From an uncultured Gemmatimonadaceae bacterium (GTDB lineage: Bacteria > Gemmatimonadota > Gemmatimonadetes > Gemmatimonadales > Gemmatimonadaceae), in contig CAVXGK010000002.1 in NCBI GenBank assembly GCA_963761305.1, positions 1,024,001-1,088,000 of the forward strand: a stretch of DNA of 64,000 bases. Direction: 5' to 3'. This document shows positions 60,477-64,000 of this stretch, in pieces (position 1 is the stretch's first letter; each line of letters begins with the position of its first letter). The notes under the pieces are model-generated. The model made no database searches, was not told the DNA's origin, and worked only from the letters and a program-made list of their open reading frames with translations. The translations under genes and the position numbers were made by a program.

Positions 60477-62481
60477 CTAACGCATCCCGGCCTTCTCCAG
60501 CGCCGTCGTCCCCCCGACGATCGGGATCGAGAACGACGAATGCGCGAGATCGACCGTCAGCTGCGTTCCCGCCCTCGGCCACAGCGTGAACTCCCGGTCG
60601 CTCGACATGATCATCACCGCCAAGCGCTTCCCGGCCGGCACGAACTCGTCGTCCGGCTGTAGATCGAACGTGAGATCGTAGAACTTCCCCGGCACCAGCT
60701 TCTCACCGGGCCGCTTCGAGTCGTAGTTGCCGCCCTTCGTGAGCGATTTGTAATTCTGCGGGTCCGCCCAGCCGCGCGTGATGAGTCCCACGTGGCTCTG
60801 CGATCCCATCCGCGTCGAGTCGTACGGCAGCATCACCAGCCACACGCTCAGATTCGCCGCCGGCGCGCTCGACGCGATCCGAAGCGTCACCCTCGGCGTT
60901 CCGGAGATGTGCACCGTGTCGTGAAAGATCGGCGTCGCGTAGACCAACCGGTTCGGTGACCGGTCCATCATCGCGTACGTCGCTGCCGCTCTTGCCGACG
61001 TCGTCGACCAGCGAGTCGGTCCCGCTGTTTGCGTTCGTGAGTGAGAGAACCGCAATGTTCGTCCCGCCCGCAGACGGGTGAAACACCACCGGCACCGAAC
61101 CCGGCACCGGGAACGACGCGAACGGCGTCGGCGGCATGACAGGCCCGCCTCTGCCCCGCCCACGACCCACGCCCACCGTCGTCGAATCGGGGCCTCGCGC
61201 TGCCGCCACTTGCATCGCCGCCTGAGCCGCCGCCACCGCCCGCGGCTCCTGCGCCGCCGCGTCCTGAACGATCCATACAGGCGGATCCTTCTCGACGCCG
61301 TTGTCGACACCATACAGGTAATGGCTGAACCATCGGTTCAGCATGTCGGCCGGCGGGTTGCCGCCGTGACCGCCCTGATGGAGATAGATCGATACAGGCA
61401 GCCCCCGCGCTCTCATTTCATTGTATATCCGCACGCTGTGCTCGGGGACCACGTTGTAGTCGTTGAACCCGTGCGCGAGCAGCACCGCGGCCTTGATGTC
61501 CTTCACGTGCGGCAGGAGATCGCGCGCTGCCCAGAAATCGTTGTAGTCGCCCGTCGCCCGATCCTGACCCTTTGGTCCGGCGAAGATTCCGTTCTTGTAC
61601 AGGTTGTCGCAGTTCGCCCGGCCGGTGCTGTCACCGCTGGCGATGAAGTCGTACAACACATCGACGTCCTCGCCGAGGTAGCCGCCAGGTGAGCGAACCA
61701 GCCCGTTGGTGCGGTAGTAGTGGTAGTACGAGGTGTTGGGCGACACGGGCACCACGACCTCGAGACCCTTCACGCCGGTCGTCGCCGCCGCGAGCGGCAG
61801 CGTCCCTTCATATGAAGTGCCGATCATCCCCACCTTGCCCGTCGACCAGCTCGTCGCCTTCACTTCCTCGTTGCCGGTCTCGGTCGTGTAGCCCTTCGCA
61901 CGGCCGTTGAGCCAGTCGACGACGAACTTCATCGGCAGCCGCTCCGGCGCGTCGCCCACTGTCGGGCAGCCTTGCGACCGCCCGGTCCCGGGCGCCTCGG
62001 AGTGCACGACGGCAAAGCCGCGCGGCACCCACTCGTTGACCAGCGCGTTAGAGATTCGTGAACGATTCGCCTGATACGGCGGCTCGTTCATGTGGCCGCG
62101 CGGCTCCGGCTGATCGTTGAGCTCCTGCTGGACGTTCCAATTCACCTGGCCGCGCGACGTGCCGGCGTAGTACGGGCTGGATCCATACAGAATCGAGACC
62201 TTGAGCCCCTCCGTCTCCGTCTGGCGCGGCCGGGTGACGTCGACGTGCACCCGGTCCGGCTTGCCGTCGTGGTCGCTGTCGAAGTTGGTCTCGACCCACA
62301 GCTCCTGCCGAATCCATTGCGACGAGTCCTGAAATGCCGGAACGACTTGGGCCATTCCGTTCGTGAAGACCGGCGCCGCCTTGGCCGGCGCTTGCGCCCT
62401 CGCGGAAGTACTGGCGAGAAGCAGAACAGGAATCACGGCGGCGGCGCGGAGCGCGCTGGGCGAACGTCGGCGATGCGGCAT
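60477..62481 (-). pseudogene. Xaa-Pro dipeptidyl-peptidase (S15, CocE/NonD-like) with a single frameshift near 60980
   Basis: Signal peptide; GTGRSQGCP; GTSYEG nucleophile; HQGGH; the C-terminal domain (NRLVYATP, TRGWADPQN) continues in another frame. Confidence 0.8.
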
Positions 62482-62643
62482 GGGGGGAGAGATCCGTAAT
62501 GGGAATGGCGGAAATGAAGATACGCTGCACATAGGGGGTTCGGGTTGCTTGCACTATTAGAATGAAGCGTCTTCCATCTTGGCCAAGAGCACCATCAGTA
62601 TTGGCTCGAGACGCACAACCCGACCCATCACTCAACCCAACCC

Positions 62644-64000
62644 ATGCCCTCGCGTGTAATCGCGATCGGCCTCGACGGCTTCGAGATCACGCTCGCCGAG
62701 CACTTCATCTCCGAAGGACTGATGCCGAACTTCGCGCGGATCGCGGCTCGCTCGCTGCGCGCCCGCCTCGATCACGGCGCCGACAAGTTCTCGGGCCTCG
62801 CGTGGGAGCACGTGAGCGCCGGACGGGCCCCCTCTGACGGTGCGCGCTGGTCGGCCGTGACCTTCGACAAGGATCGCTACACGGCCCGTCAAGAGAATAC
62901 GACCTATCGACCCTTCCTGGCCGATCTCCCGCTTCGCTCCGTTGTGGCGGATCTCCCGTACTGCGATCTCGGGGCGGCGCCCGACGTACAGGGGCTCATC
63001 GGCTGGGGCGTGCACGATCCGGGTATTGATCCCACGTCTCGGCCGGAAAGCCTGCTCGCCGAAATCAAGCAGCGCTTCGGGGCCTATCCCGCTCCGGAGT
63101 GGATTTACGGATTCTCTTGGCCCTCGCCTGAACGCACACGCCGGGCGTCGGACGCGCTGACGCGCGCCGTGAACGTCCGGTCGGAGGTCACACGATGGCT
63201 GCTCGCCGAGCGGCTGCCAGAGTGGGACCTTGCCATCGTCGTCACCAGCGAAACGCATTCGGCGATCGAGCCACTATGGCATGGCGTCGATGCTTCACAT
63301 CCACTGCACGCGTTGCCGTCGGCCGCGCCGGCGGCCGCCGGCCTGCGCGACGTATACACCGCGACCGACAATCTCATCGGCACCATGGCCGGCGCGTTCC
63401 CCGACGCAACGCTCGTGCTGTTCGCCATGCACGGCATGGGAATCAATGACGCCGACGTTCCCGTGATGGCGCTGTTGCCGGAGCTCCTCCACCGCCATGC
63501 GTTCGGCCGGCCTCACATGAAGAAGCCCCGTTGGACCAGCCGGCTGAGCGACGGAACGCCGCTGCTCGGCGAACACGAGTCCTGGGAACAAGCGGTGGCC
63601 GACATCGTACCGATGGGCGGCGAGTCTGCCGTCCGTCGCGGGCTCCGCGGATTGCGCGATCGGGTGACTGGCCGGCGCCCCCACGCGATGATCGTGAACG
63701 ATGATCCCCCGGCGATGGGGTGGATGCCGGCAATGCGCTATCAGTCGTTCTGGCCGGCCATGCGCGCGTTCGCCCTGCCGTCTTTCTACGACGGCCGGAT
63801 TCGCGTGAATCTGGCCGGACGGGAGTCCCGGGGCATCGTTCAACCCGACAAGTACCGGAGCACACAGGACGCACTCACCGAGCTCTTGCACGAGTGCCGC
63901 GACGCCATCACCGGAGAGCGCGTGGTCGAGGAAATCATCCGCCATGAGGGCGACCCCGCGCTGGTCGGCCCATCGCAGGCCGACGTGTCGATCATCTGGC
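62644..64000 (+). CDS. Alkaline phosphatase superfamily protein (type I phosphodiesterase-like); runs off the right edge
   Basis: Manual translation (not in ORF track): MPSRVIAIGLDGFE..EGLMPNF; WDLAIVV.SETH; LFAMHGM; IRVNLAGRE..GIV. Confidence 0.8.
   Translation, partial: MPSRVIAIGLDGFEITLAEHFISEGLMPNFARIAARSLRARLDHGADKFSGLAWEHVSAGRAPSDGARWSAVTFDKDRYTARQENTTYRPFLADLPLRSVVADLPYCDLGAAPDVQGLIGWGVHDPGIDPTSRPESLLAEIKQRFGAYPAPEWIYGFSWPSPERTRRASDALTRAVNVRSEVTRWLLAERLPEWDLAIVVTSETHSAIEPLWHGVDASHPLHALPSAAPAAAGLRDVYTATDNLIGTMAGAFPDATLVLFAMHGMGINDADVPVMALLPELLHRHAFGRPHMKKPRWTSRLSDGTPLLGEHESWEQAVADIVPMGGESAVRRGLRGLRDRVTGRRPHAMIVNDDPPAMGWMPAMRYQSFWPAMRAFALPSFYDGRIRVNLAGRESRGIVQPDKYRSTQDALTELLHECRDAITGERVVEEIIRHEGDPALVGPSQADVSIIW

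Overview
High-GC bacterial window, inferred to be Gemmatimonadota-like from gene content (ADOP-type orphan permeases, secreted S9/S15 peptidases with Gly/Arg inserts, DUF1800, DUF305/LVIVD). It holds about 55 CDS. No rRNA, tRNA, CRISPR array or transposase was seen. The left part has secreted hydrolases, tatA, ppk2, glpFK, a MATE transporter, lhgO and an uncharacterised four-gene Dyp-peroxidase cluster. The right part (about 37.6-59.4 kb) is the most interesting: one conserved upstream DNA cassette recurs six times. It combines a palindrome, a TTCGTG(CG/TC)AT core and a TAnnCT -10 box. It lies in front of a MacAB-TolC-like operon, a histidine phosphatase, a small protein-KaiC-like ATPase-histidine kinase module, an Omp85-like protein, a PAS kinase/response-regulator pair, and a DUF4956 / kinase-like-Omp85 fusion / metallophosphoesterase operon. 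A NarL-family regulator sits in the middle, suggesting an undescribed local regulon. Also present are two tandem-repeat tracts, a long palindromic element, three sigma54-type motifs and a frameshifted Xaa-Pro dipeptidyl-peptidase. All family calls are from motif recognition by eye; no database searches were run.
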